From: Eledone cirrhosa
Taxonomy: Eukaryota
Direction: 5' to 3'
Length of the DNA stretch: 64,000 nt
NCBI GenBank assembly: GCA_964016885.1
Contig: OZ024744.1
Span: 22,506,001 to 22,570,000, forward strand
Below, in pieces: positions 37,481 to 51,900 of the stretch (position 1 is its first letter; each line of letters opens with the position of its first letter). The notes beneath the pieces were generated by a model, which had not been told where the DNA came from, ran no database searches, and saw only the letters and a list, made by a program, of their open reading frames with translations. The position numbers and the translations under genes were made by a program.

Positions 37481-40400
37481 TGTTGTCGTGGTCAGTTAGG
37501 TTGACATAGATAACATAGGTGGGATGTTGTCGTGGTGGTTAGTTAGGTTGACATAGATAACATAGGTGGGATGTTGTCGTGGTGGTCAGTTAGGTTGACA
37601 TAGATAACATAAGTGGGATGTTGTCGTGGTGGTCAGTTAGGTTGACATAGATAACATAGAGTGGGATGTTGTCGTGTTGGTCAGTTAGGTTGACATAGAT
37701 AACATAGGTGGGATGTTGTCGTGGTCAGTTAGGTTGACTTAGATAACATAGAGTGAGATGTTGTCGTGGTGGTCAGTTAGGTTGACATAGATAACATAGA
37801 GTGAGATGTTGTCGTGGTGTTCAGTTAGGTTGACATAGATAACATAGAGTGAGGTGTTGTCGTGGTGGTCAGTTAGGTTGACATAGATAACATAGAGCGG
37901 GATGTTGTCGTGGTGGTCAGTTAGGTTGACATAGATAACATAGGTGGGATGTTGTCGTGGTGGTCAGTTAGGTTGACATAGATAAAATAGGTGGGATGCT
38001 GTCGTGGTCAGTTAGGTTGACATAGATAACATAGGTGGGATGTTGTCGTGGTGGTCAGTTACGTTGACATAGATAACATAGGTGGGATGTTGTCGTGGTG
38101 GTCAGTTAGGTTGACATAGATAACATAGGTGGGGTGTTGTCGTGGTGGTCAGTTAGGTTGACATAGATAACATAGAGTGAGATGTTGTCGTGGCGGTTAG
38201 TTAGGTTGACATAGATAAAATAGGTGGGATGTTGTCGTGGTGGTCAGTTAGGTTGACAGTGATAACATAGGTGGGATGTTGTCGTGGTCAGTTAGCTTGA
38301 CATAGATAACATAGAGTGAGATGTTGTCGTGGTGGTCAGTTAGGTTGACATAGATAACATAGAGTGAGATGTTGTCGTGGTGGTCAGTTAGGTTGACATA
38401 GATAACACAGAGTGAGATGTTGTCGTGGTGTTCAGTTAGCTTGACATAGATAACATAGAGTGAGATGTTGTCGTGGTGGTCTGTTAGGTTGACATAGATA
38501 ACATAGAGTGGGATGTTCTCATGGTGGTCAGTTAGGTTGACATAGATAACATAGGTGGGATGTTGTCGTGGTGGTCAGTTAGGTTGACATATATAACATA
38601 GAGTGAGTTGTTGTCGTGGTGGTCAGTTAGGTTGACATAGATATCATAGGTGAGATGTTTTCGTGGTGGTCAGTTAGGTTGACATAGATAACATAGAGTG
38701 AGATGTTGTCGTGGTGGTCAGTTAGGTTGACATAGATAACATAGGTGGGATGTTGTCGTGGTGGTCAGTTAGGTTGACATAGATAACATAGGTGGGATGT
38801 TGTCGTGGTCAGTTAGGTTGACATAGATAACATAGGTGGGATGTTGTCGTGGTGGTCAGTTAGGTTGACATAGATAACATAGGTGGGATGTTGTCGTGGT
38901 GGTCAGTTAGGTTGACATAGATAACATAGGTGGGATGTTGTCGTGGTGGTCAGTTAGGTTGACATAGATAACATAGAGTGGGATGTTGTCGTGGTGGTCA
39001 GTTAGGTTGACATGAGTTAACATAGGTGGGATGTTGTCGTGGTCAGTTAGGTTGACTTAGATAAAATAGAGTGAGATGTTGTCGTGGTGGTCAGTCAGGT
39101 TGATATAGATAACATAGAGTGAGATGTTGTCGTGGTTTTCAGTTAGGTTTACATAGATAACATAGAGTGAGATGTTGTCGTGGTGGTCAGTTAGGTTGAC
39201 ATAGATAACATAGAGCGGGATGTTGTCGTGGTGGTCAGTTAGGTTGACATAGATACCATAGGTGGTATGCTGTCGTGGTCAGTTAGGTTGACATAGATAA
39301 CATAGGTGGCGTATTGTCGTGGTGGTCAGTTAGGTTGACATAGATAACATAGAGTGAGATGTTGTCGTGGCGGTTCTTTAGGTTGACATAGATAAAATAG
39401 GTGGGATGTTGTCGTGGTGCTCAGTTAGGTTGACATTGATAACATAGGTGGGATGTTGTCGTGGTCAGTTAGCTTGACATAGATAACATAGAGTGAGATG
39501 TTGTCGTGGTGGTCAGTTAGGTTGACATAGATAACACAGAGTGAGATGTTGTCGTGGTGTTCAGTTAGGTTGACATAGATAACATAGAGTGAGATGTTGT
39601 CGTGGTGGTCAGTTAGGTTGACATAGATAACATAGAGTGGGATGTTCTCGTGGTGGTCAGTTAGGTTGACATAGATAACATAGGTGGGATGTTGTCGTCG
39701 TGGTCAGTTAGGTTGACATATATAACATAGAGTGAGATGTTGTCGTGGTGGTCAGTTAGGTTGACATAGATATCATAGGTGGGATGTTGTCGTGGTGGTC
39801 AGTTAGTTTGACATAGATAACATAGAGTGAGATGTTGTCGTGGTGGTCAGTTAGGTTGACATAGATAACATAGGTGGGATGTTGTCGTGGTGGTCAGTTA
39901 GGTTGACATAGATAACATAGGTGGGATGTTGTCGTGGTCAGTTAGGTTGACATAGATAACATAGGTGGGATGTTGTCGTGGTGGTCAGTTAGGTTGACAT
40001 AGATAACATAGGTGGGATGTTGTCGTGGTGGTCAGTTAGGTTGACATAGATAACATAGGTGGGATGTTGTCGTGGTGGTCAGTTAGGTTGACATAGATAA
40101 CATAGAGTGGGATGTTGTCGTGGTGGTCAGTTAGGTTGACATGAGTTAACATAGGTGGGATGTTGTCGTGTTAAGTTAGGTTGACTTAGATAACATAGAG
40201 TGAGATGTTGTCGTGGTGGTCAGTCAGGTTGATATAGATAACATAGAGTGAGATGTTGTCGTGGTTTTCAGTTAGGTTTACATAGATAACATAGAGTGAG
40301 ATGTTGTCGTGGTGGTCAGTTACGTTGACATAGATAACATAGAGCGGGATGTTGTCGTGGTGGTCAGTTAGGTTGACATAGATAAAAAAATTGAGATGTT

Positions 40401-41999
40401 GTCGTGGTGGTCAGTTAGGTTGACATAGATAACATAGGTGGGATGTTGTCGTGTTCAGTTAGGTTGACATAGATAACATAGAGTGAGATGTTGTCGTGGT
40501 TGTCAGTTAGGTTGACATAGATAACATAGAGTGGGATGTTGTCGTGGTTGTCAGTCAGGTTGATATAGATAACATAGAGTGAGATGTTGTCGTGGTGGTC
40601 AGTTATGTTGACATAGATAACATAGAGTGAGATGTTATCGTGGTGTTCAGTTAGGTTGACATAGATAACATAGAGTGAGATGTTGTCGTGGTTGTCAGTT
40701 AGGTTGACATAGATAACATAGAGTGGGATGTTGTCGTGGTGGTCAGTTAGGTTGACATAGATAACATAGGTGGGATGTTGTCGCCGAGGTCAGTTAGGTT
40801 GACATATATAACATAGAGTGAAATGTTGTCGTGGTGGTCAGTTAGGTTGACATAGATAACATAGAGTGAGATGTTGTCGTGGTGGTCAGTTATGTTGACA
40901 TAGATAACATAGGTGGCATGTTGTCGTGGTGGTCAGTTAGGTTGACATAGATAACATAGGTGGGATGTTGTCGTGGTGGTCAGTTAGGTTGACATAGATA
41001 ACGTAGGTGGGATGTTGTCGTGGTGGTCAGTTAGGTTGACGTAGATAACATAGAGTGAGATGTTGTCGTGGTGTTCAGTTAGGTTGACATAGATAACATA
41101 GGTGGGATGTTGTCGTGGTGGTCAGTTAGGTTGACATAGATAACATAGGTGGGATGTTGTCGTGGTCAGTTAACTTGACATAGATAACATGGAGTGAGAT
41201 GTTGTCGTGGTGGTCAGTTAGGTTGACATAGATAACATAGAGTGAGATGTTGTCGTGGTGTTCAGTTAGGTTGACATAGATAATATAGTGTGAGATGTTG
41301 TCGTGGTGGTCAGTTAGGTTGACATAGATAACATAGAGCAGGATGTTGTCGTGGTGGTCAGTTAGGTTGACATAGATAACATAGGTGGAAGTTGTCGTCG
41401 TGGTCAGTTAGGTTGACATAGATAACATAGGTGGGATGTTGTCGTGGTCAGTTAGGTTGACATAGATAAGATAGGTGGGATGTTGTCGTGGTGGTCAGTT
41501 AGGTTGACATAGATAACATAGGTGGGATGTTGTCGTGGTGGTCAGTTAGGTTGACATAGATAACATAGGTGGGATGTTGTCGTGGTGGTCAGTTAGGTTG
41601 ACATAGATAACATAGAGTGGGATGTTGTCGTGTTGGTCAGTTAGGTTGACATAGATAACATAGGCGGGATGTTGTCGTGGTCAGTTAGGTTGACTTAGAT
41701 AACATAGAGTGATATGTTGTCGTGGTGTTCAGTTAGGTTGACATAGATAACATAGAGTGAGATGTTGTCGTGGTGTTCAGTTAGGTTGACATAGATAACA
41801 TAGAGTGAGGTGTTGTCGTGGTGGTCAGTTAGGTTGACATAGATAACATAGAGCGGGATGTTGTCGTGGTGGTCAGTTAGGTTGACATAGATAACATAGG
41901 TGGGATGTTGTCGTGGTGGTTAGTTAGGTTGACATAGATACAATAGGTGGGATGTTGTCGTGGTGGTCAGTTAGGTTGACAGTGATAACATAGGCGGGA

Positions 42000-44860
42000 T
42001 GTTGTCGTGGTCAGTTAGCTTGACATAGATAACATAGAGTGAGATGTTGTCGTGGTGGTCAGTTAGGTTGACATAGATAACATGGAGTGAGATGTTGTCG
42101 TGGTCAGTTAGGTTGACATAGATAACATAGAGTGAGATGTTGTCGTGGTGGTCAGTTAGGTTGACATAGATAACATGGAGTGAGATGTTGTCGTGGTCAG
42201 TTAGGTTGACATAGATAACACAGTGTGAGATGTTGTCGTGGTGTTCAGTTAGGTTGACATAGATAACATAGAGTGAGATGTTGTCGTGGTGGTCTGTTAG
42301 GTTGACATAGATAACATAGAGTGGGATGTTCTCATGGTGGTCAGTTAGGTTGACATAGATAACATAGGTGGGATGTTGTCGTGGTGGTCAGTTAGGTTGA
42401 CATAGATAACATAGAGTGGGATGTAGTCGTGGTGGTCAGTTAGGTTGACATGAGTTAACATAGTTGGGATGTTGTCGTGGTCAGTTAGGTTGACTTAGAT
42501 AACATAGAGTGAGATGTTGTCGTGGTGGTCAGTCAGGTTGATATAGATAACATAGAGTGAGATGTTGTGGTGGTTTTCAGTTAGGTTTACATAGATAACA
42601 TAGAGTGAGATGTTGTCGTGGTGGTCAGTTACGTTGACATAGATAACATAGAGCGGGATGTTGTCGTGGTGGTCAGTTAGGTTGACATAGATAAAAAAAT
42701 TGAGATGTTGTCGTGGTGGTCAGTTAGGTTGACATAGATAACATAGGTGGGATGTTGTCGTGGTCAGTTAGGTTGACATAGATAACATAGAGTGAGATGT
42801 TGTCGTGTTTGTCAGTTAGGTTGACATAGATAACATAGAGTGGGATGTTGTCGTGGTGGTCAGTTAGGTTGATATAGATAACATAGAGTGAGATGTTGTC
42901 GTGGTGGTCAGTTATGTTGACATAGATAACATAGAGTGAGATGTTGTCGTGGTTGTCAGTTAGGTTGACATAGATAACATAGAGTGGGATGTTGTCGTGG
43001 TGGTCAGTTAGGTTGACATAGATAACATAGGTGGGATGTTGTCGTGGTTGTCAGTTAGGTTGACATAGATAACATAGAGTGGGATGTTGTCGTGGTGGTC
43101 AGTTAGGTTGACGTAGATAACATAGGTGGGATGTTGTCGCCGAGGTCAGTTAGGTTGACATATATAACATAGAGTGAAATGTTGTCGTGGTGGTCAGTTA
43201 GGTTGACATAGATAACATAGGTGGGATGTTGTCGTGGTGGTCAGTTAGGTTGACATAGATAACATAGGTGGGATGTTGTCGTGGTGGTCAGTTAGGTTGA
43301 CGTAGATAACATAGAGTGAGATGTTGTCGTGGTGTTCAGTTAGGTTGACATAGATAACATAGGTGGGATGTTGTCGTGGTGGTCAGTTAGGTTGACATAG
43401 ATAACATAGGTGGGATGTTGTCGTGGTCAGTTAGCTTGACATAGATAACATAGAGTGAGATGTTGTCGTGGTGGTCAGTTAGGTTGACATAGATAACATG
43501 GAGTGAGATGTTGTCGTGGTCAGTTAGGTTGACATAGATAACATAGAGTGAGATGTTGTCGTGGTGGTCAGTTAGGTTGACATAGATAACATGGAGTGAG
43601 ATGTTGTCGTGGTCAGTTAGGTTGACATAGATAACACAGTGTGAGATGTTGTCGTGGTGTTCAGTTAGGTTGACATAGATAACATAGAGTGAGATGTTGT
43701 CGTGGTGGTCTGTTAGGTTGACATAGATAACATAGAGTGGGATGTTCTCATGGTGGTCAGTTAGGTTGACATAGATAACATAGGTGGGATGTTGTCGTGG
43801 TGGTCAGTTAGGTTGACATAGATAACATAGAGTGGGATGTAGTCGTGGTGGTCAGTTAGGTTGACATGAGTTAACATAGTTGGGATGTTGTCGTGGTCAG
43901 TTAGGTTGACTTAGATAACATAGAGTGAGATGTTGTCGTGGTGGTCAGTCAGGTTGATATAGATAACATAGAGTGAGATGTTGTGGTGGTTTTCAGTTAG
44001 GTTTACATAGATAACATAGAGTGAGATGTTGTCGTGGTGGTCAGTTACGTTGACATAGATAACATAGAGCGGGATGTTGTCGTGGTGGTCAGTTAGGTTG
44101 ACATAGATAAAAAAATTGAGATGTTGTCGTGGTGGTCAGTTAGGTTGACATAGATAACATAGGTGGGATGTTGTCGTGGTCAGTTAGGTTGACATAGATA
44201 ACATAGAGTGAGATGTTGTCGTGTTTGTCAGTTAGGTTGACATAGATAACATAGAGTGGGATGTTGTCGTGGTGGTCAGTTAGGTTGATATAGATAACAT
44301 AGAGTGAGATGTTGTCGTGGTGGTCAGTTATGTTGACATAGATAACATAGAGTGAGATGTTGTCGTGGTTGTCAGTTAGGTTGACATAGATAACATAGAG
44401 TGGGATGTTGTCGTGGTGGTCAGTTAGGTTGACATAGATAACATAGGTGGGATGTTGTCGTGGTTGTCAGTTAGGTTGACATAGATAACATAGAGTGGGA
44501 TGTTGTCGTGGTGGTCAGTTAGGTTGACGTAGATAACATAGGTGGGATGTTGTCGCCGAGGTCAGTTAGGTTGACATATATAACATAGAGTGAAATGTTG
44601 TCGTGGTGGTCAGTTAGGTTGACATAGATAACATAGGTGGGATGTTGTCGTGGTGGTCAGTTAGGTTGACATAGATAACATAGGTGGGATGTTGTCGTGG
44701 TGGTCAGTTAGGTTGACGTAGATAACATAGAGTGAGATGTTGTCGTGGTGTTCAGTTAGGTTGACATAGATAACATAGGTGGGATGTTGTCGTGGTGGTC
44801 AGTTAGGTTGACATAGATAACATAGGTGGGATGTTGTCGTGGTCAGTTAGCTTGACATAG
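42000..44860. repeat. Near-identical 1,416-bp (~30-monomer) tandem duplication; further copies at ~47330-48770 and ~57610-59050
   Basis: Offset of 1,416 for ATGTAGTCG (42421/43837) and ATAAAAAAATTGAG (42691/44107). The same variant string recurs with ATAAAAAAATTGAG at 48008 and 58301. Confidence 0.92.
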
Positions 44861-47800
44861 ATAACATGGAGTGATATGTTGTCGTGGTGGTCAGTTAGGT
44901 TGACATAGATAACATAGAGTGAGATGTTGTCGTGGTGTTCAGTTAGGTTGACATAGATAATATAGTGTGAGATGTTGTCGTGGTGGTCAGTTAGGTTGAC
45001 ATAGATAACATAGAGTGGGATGTTGTCGTTGTGGTCAGTTAGGTTGACATAGATAACATAGAGCGGGATGTTGTCGTGGTGGTCAGTTAGGTTGACATAG
45101 ATAACATAGGTGGAAGTTGTCGTCGTGGTCAGTTAGGTTGACATAGATAACATAGGTGGGATGTTGTCGTGTTCAGTTAGGTTGACATAGATAACATAGG
45201 TGGGATGTTGTCGTGGTGGTCAGTTAGGTTGACATAGATAACATAGGTGGGATGTTGTCGTGGTGGTCAGTTAGGTTGACATAGATAACATAGAGTGGGA
45301 TGTTGTCGTGTTGGTCAGTTAGGTTGACATAGATAACATAGGTGGGATGTTGTCGTGGTCAGTTAGGTTGACTTAGATAACATAGAGTGAGATGTTGTCG
45401 TGGTGGTCAGTTAGGTTGACATAGATAACATAGAGTGAGATGTTGTCGTGGTGTTCAGTTAGGTTGACATAGATAACATAGAGTGAGGTGTTGTCGTGGT
45501 GGTCAGTTAGGTTGACATAGATAACATAGAGCGGGATGTTGTCGTGGTGGTCAGTTAGGTTGACATAGATAACATAGGTGGGATGTTGTCGTGGTGGTCA
45601 GTTAGGTTGACATAGATAACATAGGTGGGATGCTGTCGTGGTCAGTTAGGTTGACATAGATAACATAGGTGGGATGTTGTCGTGGTGGTCAGTTAGGTTG
45701 ACATAGATAACATAGGTGGGATGTTGTCGTGGTGGTCAGTTAGGTTGACATAGATAACATAGGTGGGGTGTTGTCGTGGTGGTCAGTTAGGTTGACATAG
45801 ATAACATAGAGTGAGATGTTGTCGTGGCGGTTAGTTAGGTTGACATAGATAAAATAGGTGGGATGTTGTCGTGGTGGTCAGTTAGGTTGACATAGATAAC
45901 ATAGGTGGGATGTTGTCGTGGTCAGTTAGCTTGACATAGATAACATAGAGTGAGATGTTGTCGTGGTGGTCAGTTAGGTTGACATAGATAACAGAGTGTG
46001 AGATGTTGTCGTGGTGTTCAGTTAGGTTGACATAGATAACATAGAGTGAGATGTTGTCGTGGTGGTCTGTTAGGTTGACATAGATAACATAGAGTGGGAT
46101 GTTCTCATGGTGGTCAGTTAGGTTGACATAGATAACATAGGTGGGATGTTGTCGTCGTGGTCAGTTACGTTGACATATATAACATAGAGTGAGTTGTTGT
46201 CGTGGTGGTCAGTTAGGTTGACATAGATATCATAGGTGAGATGTTGTCGTGGTGGTCAGTTAGGTTGACATAGATAACATAGAGTGAGATGTTGTCGTGG
46301 TGGTCAGTTAGGTTGACATAGATAACATAGGTGGGATGTTGTCGTGGTGGTCAGTTAGGTTGACATAGATAACATAGGTGGGATGTTGTCGTGGTCAGTT
46401 AGGTTGACATAGATAACATAGGTGGGATGTTGTCGTGGTGGTCAGTTAGGTTGACATAGATAACATAGGTGGAAGTTGTCGTCGTGGTCAGTTAGGTTGA
46501 CATAGATAACATAGGTGGGATGTTGTCGTGGTCAGTTAGGTTGACATAGATAAGATAGGTGGGATGTTGTCGTGGTGGTCAGTTAGGTTGACATAGATAA
46601 CATAGGTGGGATGTTGTCGTGGTGGTCAGTTAGGTTGACATAGATAACATAGGTGGGATGTTGTCGTGGTGGTCAGTTAGGTTGACATAGATAACATAGA
46701 GTGGGATGTTGTCGTGTTGGTCAGTTAGGTTGACATAGATAACATAGGCGGGATGTTGTCGTGGTCAGTTAGGTTGACTTAGATAACATAGAGTGAGATG
46801 TTGTCGTGGTGTTCAGTTAGGTTGACATAGATAACATAGAGTGAGATGTTGTCGTGGTGTTCAGTTAGGTTGACATAGATAACATAGAGTGAGGTGTTGT
46901 CGTGGTGGTCAGTTAGGTTGACATAGATAACATAGAGCGGGATGTTGTCGTGGTGGTCAGTTAGGTTGACATAGATAACATAGGTGGGATGTTGTCGTGG
47001 TGGTCAGTTAGGTTGACATAGATAACATAGGTGGGATGCTGTCGTGGTCAGTTAGGTTGACATAGATAACATAGGTGGGATGTTGTCGTGGTGGTCAGTT
47101 AGGTTGACATAGATAACATAGGTGGGATGTTGTCGTGGTGGTCAGTTAGGTTGACATAGATAACATAGGTGGGGTGTTGTCGTGGTGGTCAGTTAGGTTG
47201 ACATAGATAACATAGAGTGAGATGTTGTCGTGGCGGTTAGTTAGGTTGACATAGATACAATAGGTGGGATGTTGTCGTGGTGGTCAGTTAGGTTGACAGT
47301 GATAACATAGGCGGGATGTTGTCGTGGTCAGTTAGCTTGACATAGATAACATAGAGTGAGATGTTGTCGTGGTGGTCAGTTAGGTTGACATAGATAACAT
47401 GGAGTGAGATGTTGTCGTGGTCAGTTAGGTTGACATAGATAACATAGAGTGAGATGTTGTCGTGGTGGTCAGTTAGGTTGACATAGATAACATGGAGTGA
47501 GATGTTGTCGTGGTCAGTTAGGTTGACATAGATAACACAGTGTGAGATGTTGTCGTGGTGTTCAGTTAGGTTGACATAGATAACATAGAGTGAGATGTTG
47601 TCGTGGTGGTCTGTTAGGTTGACATAGATAACATAGAGTGGGATGTTCTCATGGTGGTCAGTTAGGTTGACATAGATAACATAGGTGGGATGTTGTCGTG
47701 GTGGTCAGTTAGGTTGACATAGATAACATAGAGTGGGATGTTGTCGTGGTGGTCAGTTAGGTTGACATGAGTTAACATAGTTGGGATGTTGTCGTGGTCA

Positions 47801-48959
47801 GTTAGCTTGACTTAGATAACATAGAGTGAGATGTTGTCGTGGTGGTCAGTCAGGTTGATATAGATAACATAGAGTGAGATGTTGTGGTGGTTTTCAGTTA
47901 GGTTTACATAGATAACATAGAGTGAGATGTTGTCGTGGTGGTCAGTTACGTTGACATAGATAACATAGAGCGGGATGTTGTCGTGGTGGTCAGTTAGGTT
48001 GACATAGATAAAAAAATTGAGATGTTGTCGTGGTGGTCAGTTAGGTTGACATAGATAACATAGGTGGGATGTTGTCGTGGTCAGTTAGGTTGACATAGAT
48101 AACATAGAGTGAGATGTTGTCGTGTTTGTCAGTTAGGTTGACATAGATAACATAGAGTGGGATGTTTTCGTGGTGGTCAGTTAGGTTGATATAGATAACA
48201 TAGAGTGAGATGTTGTCGTGGTGGTCAGTTATGTTGACATAGATAACATAGAGTGAGATGTTGTCGTGGTTGTCAGTTAGGTTGACATAGATAACATAGA
48301 GTGGGATGTTGTCGTGGTGGTCAGTTAGGTTGACATAGATAACATAGGTGGGATGTTGTCGTGGTTGTCAGTTAGGTTGACATAGATAACATAGAGTGGG
48401 ATGTTGTCGTGGTGGTCAGTTAGGTTGACGTAGATAACATAGGTGGGATGTTGTCGCCGAGGTCAGTTAGGTTGACATATATAACATAGAGTGAAATGTT
48501 GTCGTGGTGGTCAGTTAGGTTGACATAGATAACATAGGTGGGATGTTGTCGTGGTGGTCAGTTAGGTTGACATAGATAACATAGGTGGGATGTTGTCGTG
48601 GTGGTCAGTTAGGTTGACGTAGATAACATAGAGTGAGATGTTGTCGTGGTGTTCAGTTAGGTTGACATAGATAACATAGGTGGGATGTTGTCGTGGTGGT
48701 CAGTTAGGTTGACATAGATAACATAGGTGGGATGTTGTCGTGGTCAGTTAGCTTGACATAGATAACATGGAGTGATATGTTGTCGTGGTGGTCAGTTAGG
48801 TTGACATAGATAACATAGAGTGAGATGTTGTCGTGGTGTTCAGTTAGGTTGACATAGATAACATAGAGTGAGGTGTTGTCGTGGTGGTCAGTTAGGTTGA
48901 CATAGATAACATAGAGCGGGATGTTGTCGTGGTGGTCAGTTAGGTTGACATAGATAACA

Positions 48960-51900
48960 TAGGTGGGATGTTGTCGTGGTGGTCAGTTAGGTTGACATAG
49001 ATAACATAGGTGGGATGCTGTCGTGGTCAGTTAGGTTGACATAGATAACATAGGTGGGATGTTGTCGTGGTGGTCAGTTAGGTTGACATAGATAACATAG
49101 GTGGGATGTTGTCGTGGTGGTCAGTTAGGTTGACATAGATAACATAGGTGGGGTGTTGTCGTGGTCGTCAGTTAGGTTGACATAGATAACATAGAGTGAG
49201 ATGTTGTCGTGGCGGTTAGTTAGGTTGACATAGATAAAATAGGTGGGATGTTGTCGTGGTGGTCAGTTAGGTTGACATAGATAACATAGGTGGGATGTTG
49301 TCGTGGTCAGTTAGCTTGACATAGATAACATAGAGTGAGATGTTGTCGTGGTGGTCAGTTAGGTTGACATAGATAACACAGTGTGAGATGTTGTCGTGGT
49401 GTTCAGTTAGGTTGACATAGATAACATAGAGTGAGATGTTGTCGTGGTGGTCAGTTAGGTTGACATAGATATCATAGGTGAGATGTTGTCGTGGTGGTCA
49501 GTTAGGTTGACATAGATAACATAGAGTGAGATGTTGTCGTGGTGGTCAGTTAGGTTGACATAGATAACATAGGTGGGATGTTGTCGTGGTGGTCAGTTAG
49601 GTTGACATAGATAACATAGGTGGGATGTTGTCGTGGTCAGTTAGGTTGACATAGATAACATAGGTGGGATGTTGTCGTGGTGGTCAGTTAGGTTGACATA
49701 GATAACATAGGTGGGATGTTGTCGTGGTGGTCAGTTAGGTTGACATAGATAACATAGGTGAGATGTTGTCGTGGTGGTCAGTTAGGTTGACATAGATAAC
49801 ATAGAGTGAGATATTGTCGTGGCGGTTAGTTAGGTTGACATAGATAAAATAGGTGGGATGTTGTCGTGGTGCTCAGTTAGGTTGACATTGATAACATAGG
49901 TGGGATGTTGTCGTGGTCAGTTAGCTTGACATAGATAACATAGAGTGAGATGTTGTCGTGGTGGTCAGTTAGGTTGACATAGATAACACAGAGTGAGATG
50001 TTGTCGTGGTGGTCAGTTAGGTTGACATGAGTTAACATAGGTGGGATGTTGTCGTGGTCAGTTAGGTTGACTTAGATAAAATAGAGTGAGATGTTGTCGT
50101 GGTGGTCAGTCAGGTTGATATAGATAACATAGAGTGAGATGTTGTCGTGGTTTTCTGTTAGGTTTACATAGATAACATAGAGTGAGATGTTGTCGTGGTG
50201 GTCAGTTAGGTTGACATAGATAACATAGAGCGGGATGTTGTCGTGGTGGTCAGTTAGGTTGACATAGATAACATAGGTTGGATGCTGTCGTGGTCAGTTA
50301 GGTTGACATAGGTAACATAGGTGGGATGTTGTCGTGGTGGTCAGTTAGGTTGACATAGATAACATAGGTGGGATGTTGTCGTGGTGGTCAGTTAGTTTGA
50401 CATAGATAACATAGAGTGAGATGTTGTCGTGGTGGTCAGTTAGGTTGACATAGATAACATAGGTGGGATGTTGTCGTGGTGGTCAGTTAGGTTGACATAG
50501 ATAACATAGGTGGGATGTTGTCGTGGTCAGTTAGGTTGACATAGATAACATAGGTGGGATGTTGTCGTGGTGGTCAGTTAGGTTGACATAGATAACATAG
50601 GTGGGATGTTGTCGTGGTGGTCAGTTAGTTTGACATAGATAACATAGAGTGAGATGTTGTCGTGGTGGTCAGTTAGGTTGACATAGATAACATAGGTGGG
50701 ATGTTGTCGTGGTGGTCAGTTAGGTTGACATAGATAACATAGGTGGGATGTTGTCGTGGTCAGTTAGGTTGACATAGATAACATAGGTGGGATGTTGTCG
50801 TGGTGGTCAGTTAGGTTGACATAGATAACATAGGTGGGATGTTGTCGTGGTGGTCAGTTAGGTTGACATAGATAACATAGGTGGGATGTTGTCGTGGTGG
50901 TCAGTTAGGTTGACATAGATAACATAGAGTGGGATGTTGTGGTGGTGGTCAGTTAGGTTGACATGAGTTAACAAAGGTGGGATGTTGTCGTGGTCAGTTA
51001 GGTTGACTTAGATAACATAGAGTGAGATGTTGTCGTGGTGGTCAGTCAGGTTGATATAGATAACATAGAGTGAGATGTTGTCGTGGTTTTCAGTTAGGTT
51101 TACATAGATAACATAGAGCGGGATGTTGTCGTGGTGGTCAGTTAGGTTGACATAGATAAAAAAATTGAGATGTTGTCGTGGTGGTCAGTTAGGTTGACAT
51201 AGATAACATAGGTGGGATGTTGTCGTGGTCAGTTAGGTTGACATAGATAACATAGAGTGAGATGTTGTCGTGGTTGTCAGTTAGGTTGATATAGATAACA
51301 TAGAGTGGGATGTTGTCGTGGTGGTCAGTCAGGTTGATATAGATCACATAGAGTGAGATGTTGTCGTGGTGGTCAGTTATGTTGACATAGATAACATAGA
51401 GTGAGATGTTATCGTGGTGTTCAGTTAGGTTGACATAGATAACATAGAGTGAGATGTTGTCGTGGTTGTCAGTTAGGTTGACATAGATAACATAGAGTGG
51501 GATGTTGTCGTGGTGGTCAGTTAGGTTGACATAGATAACATAGGTGGGATGTTGTCGCCGAGGTCATTTAGGTTGACATATATAACATAGAGTGAAACGT
51601 TTTTCGTGGTGGTCAGTTAGGTTGACATAGATAACATAGAGTGAGATGTTGTCGTGGTTGTCAGTTATGTTGACATAGATAACATAGGTGGGATGTTGTC
51701 GTGGTGGTCAGTTAGGTTGACATAGATAACATAGGTGGGATGCTGTCGTGGTCAGTTAGGTTGACATAGATAACATAGGTGGGATGTTGTCGTGGTGGTC
51801 AGTTAGGTTGACATAGATAACATAGGTGGGATGTTGTCGTGGTGGTCAGTTAGGTTGACATAGATAACATAGGTGGGGTGTTGTCGTGGTCGTCAGTTAG

